Shown here: piece after piece, positions 10,401-22,123 of the stretch | How the letters are laid out: every line of letters begins with the position of its first letter | Position numbering within the stretch: position 1 is the first letter of the stretch | Source of the DNA: Eutreptiella sp. 'Long Island Sound 2002' | Lineage: Eukaryota; Protista; Euglenida | Reading direction: 5' to 3' | NCBI GenBank assembly: GCA_964036045.1 | Contig: OZ038378.1 | Span: 23,002,001-23,066,000, forward strand | Length of the DNA: 64,000 nucleotides | The notes under the pieces: generated by a model | What the model saw: only the letters and a program-made list of their open reading frames with translations | Told to the model about the DNA's origin: nothing | The model's database searches: none | Translations under genes and position numbers: made by a program

Positions 10401-11743
10401 TTTCATGACTTGCTCCCAGAATTCCTTAAACGCAATAGCAATGTCCCGCGGTCGTGTGCAGTACCCCCCTTCTTGATACCATACAACTGCCTCTTGGCCT
10501 GCAACTCCCTCAATTGCACATGTACTTTCCTCCGGCGTTCGGCCTGTGCAGCAGCCTCGTGCTGCTTGCTAAGAAGCTCGTCCTTGAGCATATGACACAG
10601 TGTGCGCTTTTGAGAGTCTTTGACCTCCTGGTCAGCATATACCACGAGCAACTGGTACGCCTGGGCTGATGCTTCAGGGCAGACCCCTTTGTCTGCCAAA
10701 TACTCCCACCCAGCCGGGACAACTCTTCCGGGCGACGACAATCGCAGAATGCCCTGTATCGGCAAGTGGTCTTGCTCTTGAATGATTGCCCCTGCATCAT
10801 CCCACCACTGAAGTACATTTTGCGAGTCTGGCGCCTGTAAGCCCTGCAAAAGGCCTCGTAGGTTGTCCACTGCTGACTGATCACTTAACATTTCTGTAGG
10901 GAACCGCTGACGCGGTTGCACCCTGCGCAGCGGTGGTTGCTCGAATTGTACCACTACTGCCTTGTGGTCGGAAGCTACTGCTGTTGTGGTGTACACTCCT
11001 TGAATATACTCCCGCAGAGAGTCTGCCACATGCACCCTGTCAAGACGCCTGGGCTTCCACTTCACCCCGGGCTTTTGCACCCACCCGTACGTGAACCCAT
11101 TCGGGCGTTCATCACACTCTCCATACAAGACATCCCACGCATCATGCAGTTTGCACTTTTCCAGTATCTGAACCTCCTGCTGCCTAGCCTTGGCATTGAG
11201 CTGTGTTTTTAACTTACTTTCCTTCATTCCTTCGCTGTCCACTCCCGGAATTATATGGGAGTTGTGGTCGCAAAGTGCGATCAGTGGGGCTCCTGCTGGG
11301 CTCAATCGCCTTCCCAGTTGCTCCCATTGTTTTTGTCGTTGAGGCGCATCGTGATGTAGATGCCCCGCCAACACTTGTATGGAGTCCCCCGACACATGCC
11401 TGAGCACAGCTACAATGAGCCGATGTCCAATGTACTCCGCCGACTGCAATTCCCAAACTGGAGTCCTCCACATCAGCAGTACCCCACCACGCATGTTAGT
11501 CGGGGTCGGCACAGCCGCCAACCCATACCCCCGCTTCTCCGCCCACAGCTTTTGAGAATCTAGCACCGGCTGCGTGGTGATATGGTGCTCCTGCACTGCC
11601 GCTATGTCCACATGATGTTGTCTCAGCATGCGGATCAACAGAACTTTACGCATTTCCGTCTTATCCGGTGGCTTCCTGTGCCACCCATTGACGTTGGTGG
11701 TTACCGCCGCCCAACGCCGGCTCATCAAGGAAAGGGAAATCAT
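7445..11743 (-). pseudogene. LINE ORF2: APE/EEP endonuclease - reverse transcriptase - zf-RVT - RNase H, broken by 2 frameshifts and an RT deletion
   Basis: EN motifs TNVNG, AVQEHH, LCDHN, RRLDRVHV, SDHKAV. RT motifs SSPGLDGIP, MRPIALQ, AQKGF, LSVDFA, GIRQGDPLSP, YADDL, KYLGV. zf CILCSVLETIKHVLTAC. RNase H motifs FVDGS, RAELKA, VTDSELV, WVPSHVGVTGNEHAD. Frameshifts near 10465 and 9875; the usual ~50 aa between DFA and GIRQG are missing. Confidence 0.92.
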
Positions 11744-12205
11744 CGCTTTCGCTTGTTGAACTTCAGATCCACATCACACTCCATGGCTGCTGACGACGCC
11801 ACCGATGTTGAGGCACCAGACGACGCCACCGAACTGTAGCTACGCGTCGAGGTCACAGATGCATTACTGGAACCGGCTCCCCCTTTGCCTTCTCCTTTGC
11901 CTCCGCCCTTGGGATTGACTCGCTCCCTACGCATGGCATACTCGGGTTGAGAAATGACCTGCATCAGAAAATCTCCTTCGGATCCCCGAAATACTGATCC
12001 CAGAATTTTGGGCGTTTCCGCTTGTGGTACACACACTTTCCACGTGAGGGTGCGTATCTCACCCACTGACCATCTCATGCGTCGTACAATGAGATTCTCC
12101 ACTTCAGAGGTTTGCAAGATCGCCATGACCGCCTTTTCCCCCCACCATGGTGGCACGTTGATCAGGAACAGGTTGTCTGCCGGTCCCCACTCGGCTGGCA
12201 GCTGT
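11740..12205 (-). CDS. C-terminal fragment of LINE ORF1 (RRM-like start, basic/Ser-rich tail)
   Basis: GVQLPAEWGPADNLFLINVPPWWGEKAVMAILQ...KFNKRKR*; its stop overlaps the ORF2 ATG as ATGA (11743-11740). Confidence 0.6.
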
Positions 12206-13299
12206 ACACCTATGGGGGGGGGGGGGGGGTGTCCCCCCTCCCTTGTCGCCCTTGGGGCCCCGCCGGTGCCGCCGCCCGCGGCTGCTTGATGGGGAGGGGG
12301 CCCTCAGGCACTTCCTTCCCCATCGCATTCCCCACATGGCCGGCGGCTACCAGAGTGGGGAGGGGGTGACTGTGACCCCACTCCACCCACGAGAACGCCT
12401 TGTGCCCCGGGCATGGGCCCAGGCTGCGCGGGGGTTCCCTTGCCCGCAAGACCATTGGGCCGGCGGCTGTGGGAGCCGGCTGAGCCCCACAGTGCGCGGA
12501 GAGGCCGGCGGTTCCGACAGCCGGCAAAGCCCCTCCATTCCCACCATTGGCGGGCTAGGCCAGTGGCCCCCTCAACGAAGGCAGCGGAGCCGCCACTCCC
12601 CCCCTCCCTCGTCCCTGTGGTGTGGGGGCAAGGGGTGGGGGGCCGGGCATGGGAGAAGGGGGGGCAGGCGACCCAATGCCTCCTCGCCAGAGATAGGGCC
12701 ACCACGAGGGGCTGCTGGGCGCCCCCCTCCTTCCAAGCAGGTCAGCAATGCAGGCACAGGGGAGGGAGGGGCTTGAAAAGCGCAGCCCCGCCTCCCGAAA
12801 ATCCTCAAAAGAAACTGTCCCCCAAAGCGCCGCACAGGGCGGGCCGTCTGGGGGAGGGTTAGCGCATAAACTGATGGGGGTATTTCCGTGTGTCCCTGCC
12901 CGCACCCCACCTAAGGGCAAAGCACAACAGAGGGAGGGGGATACATATTGCAGCACCCCCTCCCGGAAATCCTGCAGCGGCAGCTCGAGCACTGCCACAT
13001 GCAGCTCACCAATGCACCTGCAGGTGCATACCTCCTCCTCGTCCAGCCTCCCCGGCAAGGGGTGAGGAGGGGGGGCAGAAGTGTGCCGCCCAAAGCTGAC
13101 CGCGGGACTGGCTGGGCCTTCCAAGGCCACAGACGTATGAACGCCCCCTACCGTCCCTCGGTTCCCCAAGTTGCAGTGGTGGTTGGGGGAGGGGGCTACT
13201 TTCAGCAGGGGGGGGGGGGTCAGATGCGCGCACCCCCCCCAAAAAAAACATAGACAACACTGCTCAAGGCGGGGACCGAGTGCTCCCCCATTGACACTA

Positions 13300-13770
13300 C
13301 GGCTGCAGCTAGCAGTGCCTGAGCGTTGGGGAATGCGTCCCCACCAACACTCACGGGAGTCGACACTGTGGTTGCAGGTGACGGCGCCTGAGCGCTGGGG
13401 GATGCATCCCCACCAACACTCACAAAGGCAAACACCGCGGCCGCAGCTAGCAGTGCCTGAGCGCCTGAGCGGGATGCGTCCCCACAAGCACTCACAGAAG
13501 TCAACACCGCGGCCGCAGCCGGCAGTGCCTAAACGCTAGGGGATGCGTCCCCACCAACACTTACATAAGTCGACATTGCGGCTGCAGCTGGCGGCGCCTC
13601 AGCGGTGGGGGACGCGTCCCCACCAACACTCACAAGAGTTGACACCGCGGCTGCAGCAGGCGGTGCCAAAGCGCTGGGGGATGCGTCGCCACCAGCACTC
13701 ACAGAAATAAACAACGCGGCTGCAGCGAGCGACGCCTCAGCGGTGGGGGACGCGTCCCCGCCAACACTCA
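13300..13770 (-). repeat. 69-bp coding tandem repeat, ~7 copies (VSVGGDASP.A.A..AAA.....) in element B
   Basis: a[tc]gc[ga]tcccc-like cores at 13333, 13402, 13474, 13543, 13612, 13681 and 13750. Confidence 0.85.
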
Positions 13771-14829
13771 CAGGTGGCTGCAGCAGACGGTCCGCTAGCC
13801 GCTCATGCAACCACTCAGCCGCCTGCTCTACGGCCAGCCCGCCGCCTTGCGACGCACTCCGCACCCCCTCTAGGCCTGGCAGACCACAGGGCTCGTCCGC
13901 CCATTGGCCCACTGGCCCCAATAGTCCCAGCGGATCCCCCCAGAGGGCTGAGGGCAGCCATATCTCGACCCCCCGCTCGCTGACGCCTGGACAGCACATC
14001 GCTGCAATCCCCGCTGGTGCCGCCGCGGCTACCCCCGCCGCTCCTGCTGCCCCATCCGTCGCCGCCCGCTGCAGCCGCTTGCGGGCCTTCGCCCGCGACC
14101 TCCGTCCCGGCATCTGTTGTAGTGTCTACGGTCGCGGCGATGGGGCCAGCGCCGGTGCGAGAGCCGGCCACTCCATCTCCACTGTGTTTTCCATGTCCCC
14201 TACGGGCACTGCCACATGCGGGGGCGCTGCCAGCGTCGGCTCTGCTGCCTATGCAGGCTCCTCGGTCCCCAAGGCTGCCCGGGCCGCCTCATGGATAGCC
14301 GCCAGCAGCACGTGGAGCTGCCCCATGAGGACTGCTACCGTGGCCGCCTCCGGGTCTTCCTCCTCGTTGAGTCCCGCCCTGATGTGTTTTACATTGACCG
14401 CCATGTCGATGAGGGCGGCTGCCGCAATTGACTAGAGGTTCACCCCACGTGCCGAGAGCGCCTCCACCGTCTCCGGGGCGTTGTTGGCGAAGACGTTGGC
14501 TGCGGCGGTGGCGGCGACCTCGATGGCGGCCGCCAGCGCTGGTACATCGACCCCGCATTCGGCGAGGCCGCCAGAGGTAGCGGAGTGCTTCCAGCCGCAG
14601 CTGGCGGGGGCGGGGGCATGGGGCCCCTCGAAGCGCAGCCAAAGGCTGCGGGCAGCACTCGGCCAATGGGACCACCGGAATGCCCCTTCGGTGGGTAAGC
14701 CCCTTAGCACGACAAGCAACACATACAAATGGGTACTATCAACGACGGCAAGGGCCGATTAAAGTAGTGGACGCTGTGTACTATGAACGAGGGAGACGCA
14801 TATGTGGCTGCGAGTTGGATGTGCACTAA

Positions 14830-15606
14830 CCCCCCCCCCCCCTTGTATAAGCTACGCTAATGTACGGAATTATTACGGTCCCTACGCCCACTGTAGCTTG
14901 GACAAGGGCGTAGCTTGCGCGCAACACATACAGCTACTAGCACACACGTGCGCATGCCCATGGTATGAGTGCACCTTGACCTCCACCCACATTTCCAAGT
15001 GCATGTAAACACAAGAGAGCCTTGGGAACATGAAAATTTCAGGTTCACACCCATGTTGGCGCAAGCAATGAAGAATGCGAAGCCTACAAATGTTCGGCTT
15101 GGAAACCCTTCTTGCGATCATACACCATGCGGAACAATTGCACATGCTCACCACTTGGAGATGCCTGAAGTCAATTCTTGGGAGGGGGGCACAAGGGTGT
15201 GTGACCATGCACCGGTACACATCTGCCCACCCTTCATGTACGCCAACAACGCAAATTGGTCCCCCCTCTCCAATGGTCCCTTCATTGTACCATCGACACG
15301 GTCACCGGTGGAACATGTGAAAATAACTGGACGCATAGATTCAAAAAGAGAAGATTGCATGGTGAGCTGATGCAAGAAAGAGGAATATAAAGCACAAATA
15401 TTCCCAAATTCAGAGCCAAGTGGGTTGAAGTGGGCAAAGACTCACAAATGTGTCCATGGCTCCATGTAATTGGCAAATGTGACGACGAACCCATGTCTTA
15501 TGTGGCCGCACTACATCTTGTACGTAATTAAAATTACGCACACCCTTAGTACGGTCCCTACTGCCTACTGTAGCTTGGACAAGGGCGTAGCTTATACAAG
15601 GGGGGG
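14830..15606 (-). mobile_element. Internal-deletion derivative of the pogo-like element at 1624-3024
   Basis: Perfect TIR ccccccttgtataagctacgc / gcgtagcttatacaagggggg, followed by TA; same 45-bp subterminal direct repeats; 15230-15540 aligns with 2640-2950. Confidence 0.85.
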
Positions 15607-16711
15607 TACAGGGGGGGGGGGGGTAGTAACCCGGCACGTGGGCAGGGCTGGTTGACATGCACGCTGCTTACTCTTCTAGTCAGAACCTCTGCGCGTGGGC
15701 TTTGCTTACGTTGTCTCCTGTGTCGCCCTTCCATGCCCCTATCCGAACAGGGGGCGAGCCACGTCCATCCCGTCATCTTTCGACATTCCCTACGGCACGG
15801 CAGGGCGGCCAAAGGCGGGGGGGGGGGGGTCTTGGGTCTTTGTCGCTTGGGGACTGGCGGTGTGAGGGTGATGTGTGGTGAGCGCATCAGTGGGTAGCGT
15901 GAGGGGCCTAGGGAGCGCAGGCATTGGCGTTTGCGTGGGCCTTCTGGCGGTGCCGCTGGCCTGGCGTGTGTTGGTGCTGGCTTGCACACTTTGTGATGCC
16001 CGCGGGCACAACAATGCCGCACGCCTCTCTGCATGAGTGTGCAACGAGGGCAGGGCGGGAGTCCGTGGAGGGCGCATGTTTTCGAGAGCGGCCACCGGTC
16101 CACGTGACTCGGGATGTGGTGTCCCATGCTGCAGCATAGTGCTGCCGGGATTCTCGGCCTCTTGCATGTGGAACACGCTGGCAAACAGTGCGTAGGGCAA
16201 ATTGAGTGAACATGCGGCATGTGTGTGACCGATGTCGGTGCGCTGGCTGCCACCTTGTGGCGCACGGTGACAGAGTATGGCGCCTGTGGCACGCGGCCGG
16301 ATCCAATGACCAGCAAAAGGGCACTCGCAAAGGTGGTGGAAACCCCCTTTGGCGCATAGAGACGAGGACGGCATCGGGCCCGTATTCAGGCAGCCTGCCA
16401 GTGCACGCTGCAAGTGTGCCTCTTCCACCTCTGCGGATGTGCGCCGCACACGGTAGACATATGGTCGTGGCGTGTGTGTTCGTGCATGCTTGCGCAATGT
16501 CCATGTGGATTCACAGTAGCGTGCCAGCTGTTCCATGTGGGATATCATGGCTGAGCGGCAGTTGAAATATGGTCTTCTATTCAGTCCTGCCAGCACCGGG
16601 CCCCCAATTGGGACCAGCGCTGTTGAGCCTGTGATGATCTTGGCCGGGTGTAGTGTGCCTGATTTGATGATGTGTATGTGCGCGTGTGTGCCCGAGCACC
16701 GCACGTACGTA

Positions 16712-17118
16712 CCCTCCCCCCCCCTTGCACAAGCACGGGCTTGTCCAAGCATGCATCGGGCATTGAACCACCGTTTTCAGGATTTTTTGGGACAGCTCTT
16801 TTAGTGGTCTTGAATGTAGGATAGGGTGTTTGTGACGCACTTGTAGAGGCAAAGAGGGGCTCATTCATGTCTGTGATTGTGCATTCTGTTCATAACAACA
16901 TTGTACCACACATGGCAACCGAATGCTGTTTTTTTTCATGTGGTTTTCGGCCATGCCTAACATTGTTGTTCTCGGCATGGCTGTGAAGTACCGTGCTTTG
17001 CTGTTGTGTGTGTCGTCCCGCGCAAGCACGGGCTTGTCTAAGCACGGGCTGGGCGTTGACCCGCTGTTTTGCCTGGGCTTTTGGGACCGCGGCCGTGCTT
17101 GTGCAAGCGGGAGGGGGG
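16712..17118. mobile_element. MITE with TA flanks and C-rich-CTTG TIR
   Basis: ta|ccctcccccccccttgcacaagcacgg ... ccgtgcttgtgcaagcgggagggggg|ta; internal repeats of aagcacgggct. Confidence 0.7.
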
Positions 17119-17749
17119 TACGTGTACATGTGCATGTGTGTGCGTGCATGCACTTGGTGTACTGATGCAGTGCACCCTCCTAATGCAGTGTCACCGTTTT
17201 GCAATGCTGCCCCAAGTACAAAGTACGAAAGCCCTTCCCGCCTTCAAACCTGAACCCAAGCGGCTCCTAAGGACTTAATGAGTCAAGGCTGCCTTGAAAT
17301 TGAATTGAGAAAACCAGATTACACAAAACTGAGAATCAAATGCTTTCTTCACTGCATTTCATTTGTGTGACAGCGAGGGGATAATGGGGCACTGATTAAC
17401 AAATGGGCACAGCAGCGCCAAAGCAAACAACAAAAGATAAAACAAAAATCACTGCAGGTCATTCGGTCCATACATTCTACAAACATGCACCAGCTGAACT
17501 TCACCCACAAGCGCAAACAAATGGCGAACAAATGAACACACTCACACACCCACACGCACATGAAACATTCACCTGCCCTCCAGCTACACGGCCAAGCAAT
17601 CGAACATCATTGAAGGTCGTTCGGTCCATACAATGTACAAACATGCACCCACTGGACTGCACAGAGAAAAAAAGGGACAAGCAAACCCACACACTCATAC
17701 ACGCTGTGGGGGCAGACAGAAAGGGGTTTGAGATCAGTGCCGGACACAA

Positions 17750-18230
17750 AGCTGCCATGCGCTGTCTGCGTTGCCATGGCCTGACATGGGGCTTCCGACA
17801 GATGTACATGTTCAGACAACATAGACTGGGCATAGAATTCACTGGACTGCAGGCCTCGGGGTGGAGTGTGCAGGTTGGATGTATCAGTGCACCCACTGAG
17901 CATCAGGCCTGTGCTGCTGCTGCAACAGGCGTTTTGTACTAAACTCGTGCAGGCCCAAGTGATGGGACGCAACCCAAATTTGCCTCCTGTCGCCTTGGTC
18001 ACCCTCAGCACTGGCTGTGGCCAACAACACACAGCCTTCATCGTTGCAGTGCAAACCCTGGGGATTGGCACCGGAACCGGTCAGCACAATGGCCTAAATG
18101 ATGTCCCTCTTGCGCATCACATACAGCAGCCGGCAAACCACACAGCACACTACCAACACAGACTACACACTACAGAGCGCCCCGTAGACTTCAGGGCAAT
18201 ACTGGATACCGTTAGCCACATACTACGCTT
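17750..18230 (-). pseudogene. Decayed ORF fragment with WD40/beta-propeller-like words
   Basis: One frame reads LLYDVRKRDII*AIVLTGSGANPQGLHCNDEGCVLLATASAEGDQGDRRQIWVAS, with in-frame stops; resemblance judged by eye only. Confidence 0.25.
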
Positions 18231-18693
18231 GCTTATGTACAAAAGTCAAACTGCACACACACAACCCTCTCCCGACTAAATTTCCACCTTTATTCGGCCC
18301 TGAGGCAATGCATGGGGCCGGTTTGGAGGGGGTAACAGACAAATACCCCTCCGCCGACCTCAAGAGGAAACGGTCATGTTCCGCTCACACTCATTACATG
18401 TCACTTTCTGTGCCCCCAGAGGCAACCACCAGTGTCAAACCTCTGGCGCGACTCCACAGCCCCTGCTGGGGGTTTCGGGTGGTGTTGAGCGGCCTGGGCT
18501 TTACTTCTGGGGCCATGGGACCGGGCGAGTAGTCGTGCCCGACCTCGGGTTCCATCGCGGGACCTTGGCTGCAGAAGCCAGGCACTCAAACCATCCTCCC
18601 AGCCGGAGTCACTTCAACCGCCATCGTTTCAATGCCAACCACCGTCGGTTGGTCCGTGCCTCTGGTCCCCCATCACGGGCCCCTCACATCAGC

Positions 18694-19101
18694 CTAATCC
18701 TCCTCACCCTCCTCACCCTCCTCCTCAGGCTCGTCAGCTTCATCCTCCGAGTCGCGCTCCGGCACCTCTTCACCCCGCAGAAGCAGCTTCTCCTTCATGG
18801 CCGACGGGTCTTCCTGCTCCCGCAGGTCGTCCGCCTCCTTCTGGATCTCCGTCGCTGCCAATGGGGCAAACTGCCGTGCGGCCGCCTTCATGCCGTTGCC
18901 GATATACAGTGTACCCCAGTTCTTGCCACCGTCTGCCGCGTAAGCAACGGCGCCAGGCCAGCGCAGGGACCGCACCATAACCACCCCATGGTTCTTGTAC
19001 AGGGAGTTCTTCAGCCGCAGCACCCACGCGGGCACCCGCTTCTTGTTCGGATCCTCCTCTTCTTCCTCCCCTTCCTCCTCTGCATCCGAGTCCTTCTCTT
19101 C
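18694..19101 (-). CDS. RSP4/6: RSP4/6 exon 6 (last)
   Basis: Acceptor ctatag|gaa; VRSLRWPGAVAY...YIGNGMK; ends at the stop codon. Confidence 0.92.
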   Translation of the reverse strand, partial: EEKDSDAEEEGEEEEEDPNKKRVPAWVLRLKNSLYKNHGVVMVRSLRWPGAVAYAADGGKNWGTLYIGNGMKAAARQFAPLAATEIQKEADDLREQEDPSAMKEKLLLRGEEVPERDSEDEADEPEEEGEEGEED

Positions 19102-21394
19102 CTATAGGCATGTGCCACGGAGGCGGGCAGGCAGGCGGGTTGACAGGCAGGCAAACCCCTTGGCATGAAGACACATACTACCCATATTTCATTGAACAAT
19201 CACATTTTCACTAATACCTACGTCGATTTTGCACACTATGCGCGGGCTGCGCGGTAGGACTCAGATTGGCATGCAAAGCAAACACAGGGAAAATTCAGAG
19301 CTACTCCCAATTTGTAGACAAATCCATTCCAAAAGATTCACTTGCCTTCATGGGTAAATGTTTGCAGTTTGTTCGGACTTAAAGACAGAACACACAAAGG
19401 GTACTCTGACACGGGTGGGTGCATCAAATGACACTATGAAGATCGTGACTGACTGGCCCTGATCTGCTTTCTGGCAACCTTAGCACCAACTAAATTGACT
19501 GTATCTCTACGATTGTGGTCTGCCGATCACCTTCCGCAGGTCAAGTGTCTTAATGATCATTGGTGCACATCCCATCGTCATGTTTGTCACGGTCTGAATC
19601 ACCTTTGGCATTGCATCATCGAAGACCATGGCTTAAAAGGCTGTACCAAGGATCGTCCTGAGGCACAGAAAGCAAGCAACTTGCCTACTTGATCACTCGT
19701 TGAATTACACACATGTTCAACACCCCAATGGCTAAGCCCAGGTACGCAGGCAGACAAGCAGGGGTGCTTTGCGAATGCTCAGATACACTAGAGCCAACAA
19801 TGTAAAATTCTCTGCCGATATCCCGGCCCCAGATTGCAAAGGCCACGAAATCTGAAGTACAAAATGGGGCTTGCGGGTGCTGATGCTCGCCTGGGGCTGA
19901 AATTCATACCATGGCGCAACGAAGCCCACAGGAAACATGAAGACCCCGCCAAGGGGACTAGCCCACAGCATGTACACATGCAGCGAGGATGTTGGGGGGT
20001 GTACCTCCTCGCCCTTCTCCTCTTCTTCCTTCTCCTCAGGCTCCTCCCCATCCTCACCCGGCTCCTCCTCCTTCGGGGTGATAATCTTGTCATAAATCTT
20101 GTCCTTGGCAATAGGCTCCAGCAACTCCTTTTCCTCTTCTTCCTGTTTGGGCTCTTCCTCCTCCTCCTCCTCGGCCTCCTCCTCGTCCTCGTTAACCTGG
20201 CATGAGCAAGGTGAGGGACAGTGTCAGGGCAAGGAGACGTGTCAGCAGCATTACCTCCTGTTTGAATGGGAACCACAATATTTTGGAGCGCAGAAATGTG
20301 AATGGTTGCGATTGACTCAGTGGCACTACTGGACTCGTTTGTCTGCACAGACACAGCGCACTTTCCCAATGAGCAAATATGGCAACGGCATCAGGAAATA
20401 GGGCTTTCAACTTTGGGTGTGTGGGGGCAAAATCTCCCTAAAATGGGAATTTTGGCGCAATCATGATTCACAGCTGCAACAGTTTGGGAGTCTTTGGGAT
20501 GCTATGTACACTGTGGTTCTCATAAACACATCTGAGAGTTCATCTCATGCCATATGTGTGCATCAACCCGTTTGTGGCACAGTGCATAATCTGCAAACGT
20601 TGAGCGTCCTCATGGTGCTGTGCAACAGCTCAACTCATCTACTCACTATCTGCATACTAACAAAAACGCGCTACCATCTATCTCTGTTGGCACACGCCGG
20701 CACTTCTTTGGCCATGACAGAGCTAGTGGCCCTAAAATGGAGGAAAACTGGAGACTGCAGGGGGGGAGGTTGATTGCAGAAAATGACAGGGTCATTTTCC
20801 AGGACCCTCATCCCTCACTTCCTTTTGTTCGGAGGTCCTGCCAATTCAGCCCTGTTTGAATGGAGCCGAGGAAGAGACTCTCCCTCCACCTTGCTGCCTC
20901 CAGCAGGAATAATACTCCAGCAGGAACCAGGTGTATCACAAATCTTGGCAGGTCAAGTTCGTGGTCCGCTAAGAACGACGACGCCACCCTGCCCCAGGCA
21001 ACCTCAGCCCACCCAATCCAAAGCTAAAAGCCTGGTCGCTCTCCCTCTATGCCGTAATCAGTGCCATAACCACATATTGAGCAAACAATCACGGTGTGGC
21101 CCATTCAACGACAAATACAAACATCTTCAGCGCACCATCATTACAAGAGTGGACAGATGGTAAACAACTAAACGATGAAAGGGCAAATTACCATGTTTCT
21201 CGTGTTACAAGTGATATTGATCTTTGGTGGTTTTTGCGTAGACCAAATGCTTCGTAGCAAGCAGAGAGACTGACAAATGCAATGAAAGGCACAAAGCAGA
21301 TACAGCACAAGAGCAGGCACAGCGGCAGGGCAGGGGCAACACAGGAGTTGGGGCAGGAACAGAGACCGAGACAGAATGAGACAGACAGACAGAC

Positions 21395-21444
<50 letters not shown>

Positions 21445-22084
21445 GGAGAAGAGAGAGATTGACAGTGACAAGAGCAGGGGCAAGGACAAACCCAGGGGCA
21501 GGGCACAGAAGGCAGCAGAGGAGGCAGCGGCAGACACCTCCTTCTCAGGCACTTTGGTGGCACGCCCGGTCTTGTACAAGTACTGGAAGTGATGCACCCA
21601 GTTCTCCCTGTTTGCAAGGGACTTCATCCCCTCCTCGAGCTCAGGGACCTCCTCCGCAGCATCCGTGAGGGGGCGGGTCTTCTCCTCCTTGGGCTTAGGG
21701 GGCACGCCCTCCTCCTCTTCCTCCTCCTCCTCCTCCTCCTCTTCCTCGTCCTCGTGTTTAGTGAGAACTCCCGCTGGACTGATCTGCGAGCCGGACGCAA
21801 TACGCGCGATCTGGGCACGCAGATAATTGATCTCTTTGCCCGGGAACTCCGGGTAGCTGCTCACGTTCGCATCCAAATTCCCGGTGAAATACTTCTTGAT
21901 GTTGCGGGCAGCATTGATCTGCTGCGGGGTCACATCCGGCAGATGCGTCCACGGGGCGTTGGGGTATGAGCAGACCCAGTACGAGTACCGGTTCAGCCCC
22001 TTCCCCATGGGCTCAGGCTGCACGTCCACTGGAACCTGGGAAATGCAGGAGGAGAGGCGTGGCTGTCGGCAGGAAGGGGGCGTG

Positions 22085-22123
<39 letters not shown>

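Larger units (their letters stand above)
7282..12205 (-). mobile_element. 5'-truncated, defective L1/Tx1-like non-LTR retrotransposon (LINE) with 12-bp TSD and no poly(A) tail
   Basis: TSD acacctgtgggg (7270-7281) / acacctatgggg (12206-12217). Removing the insert restores element B's frame (PPTGVTKVPAP, compare element A PPAGGKEAPAP). ORF1 fragment and ORF2 domains lie inside. Confidence 0.9.
7042..14793 (-). mobile_element. Element B: diverged paralog of element A (ORF with stops and frameshifts), interrupted by a LINE
   Basis: Terminal direct repeat gtactattaacgagggcaagggccgattaaagt..acgctgtg (7043-7088 versus 14733-14778). Segments 7090-7281 and 12206-14730 align to element A at DNA and protein level (LWGDPLGLLGPVGQWADEPC, GGDASP repeats, ASDEVS*). 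Confidence 0.7.

Noticed and set aside
7282-12205. Alternative model: element A is a deletion derivative of a full-length element B that natively includes the RT
   Set aside because: B's own ORF tail resumes in frame after the 12-bp duplication and matches A's tail, and the LINE ORF1 is cut at the junction; both favour insertion.
15790-16752. 320-aa minus-strand ORF as a GIY-YIG or SWIM protein
   Set aside because: Only scattered YVY and Cys/His residues; no convincing motif spacing.
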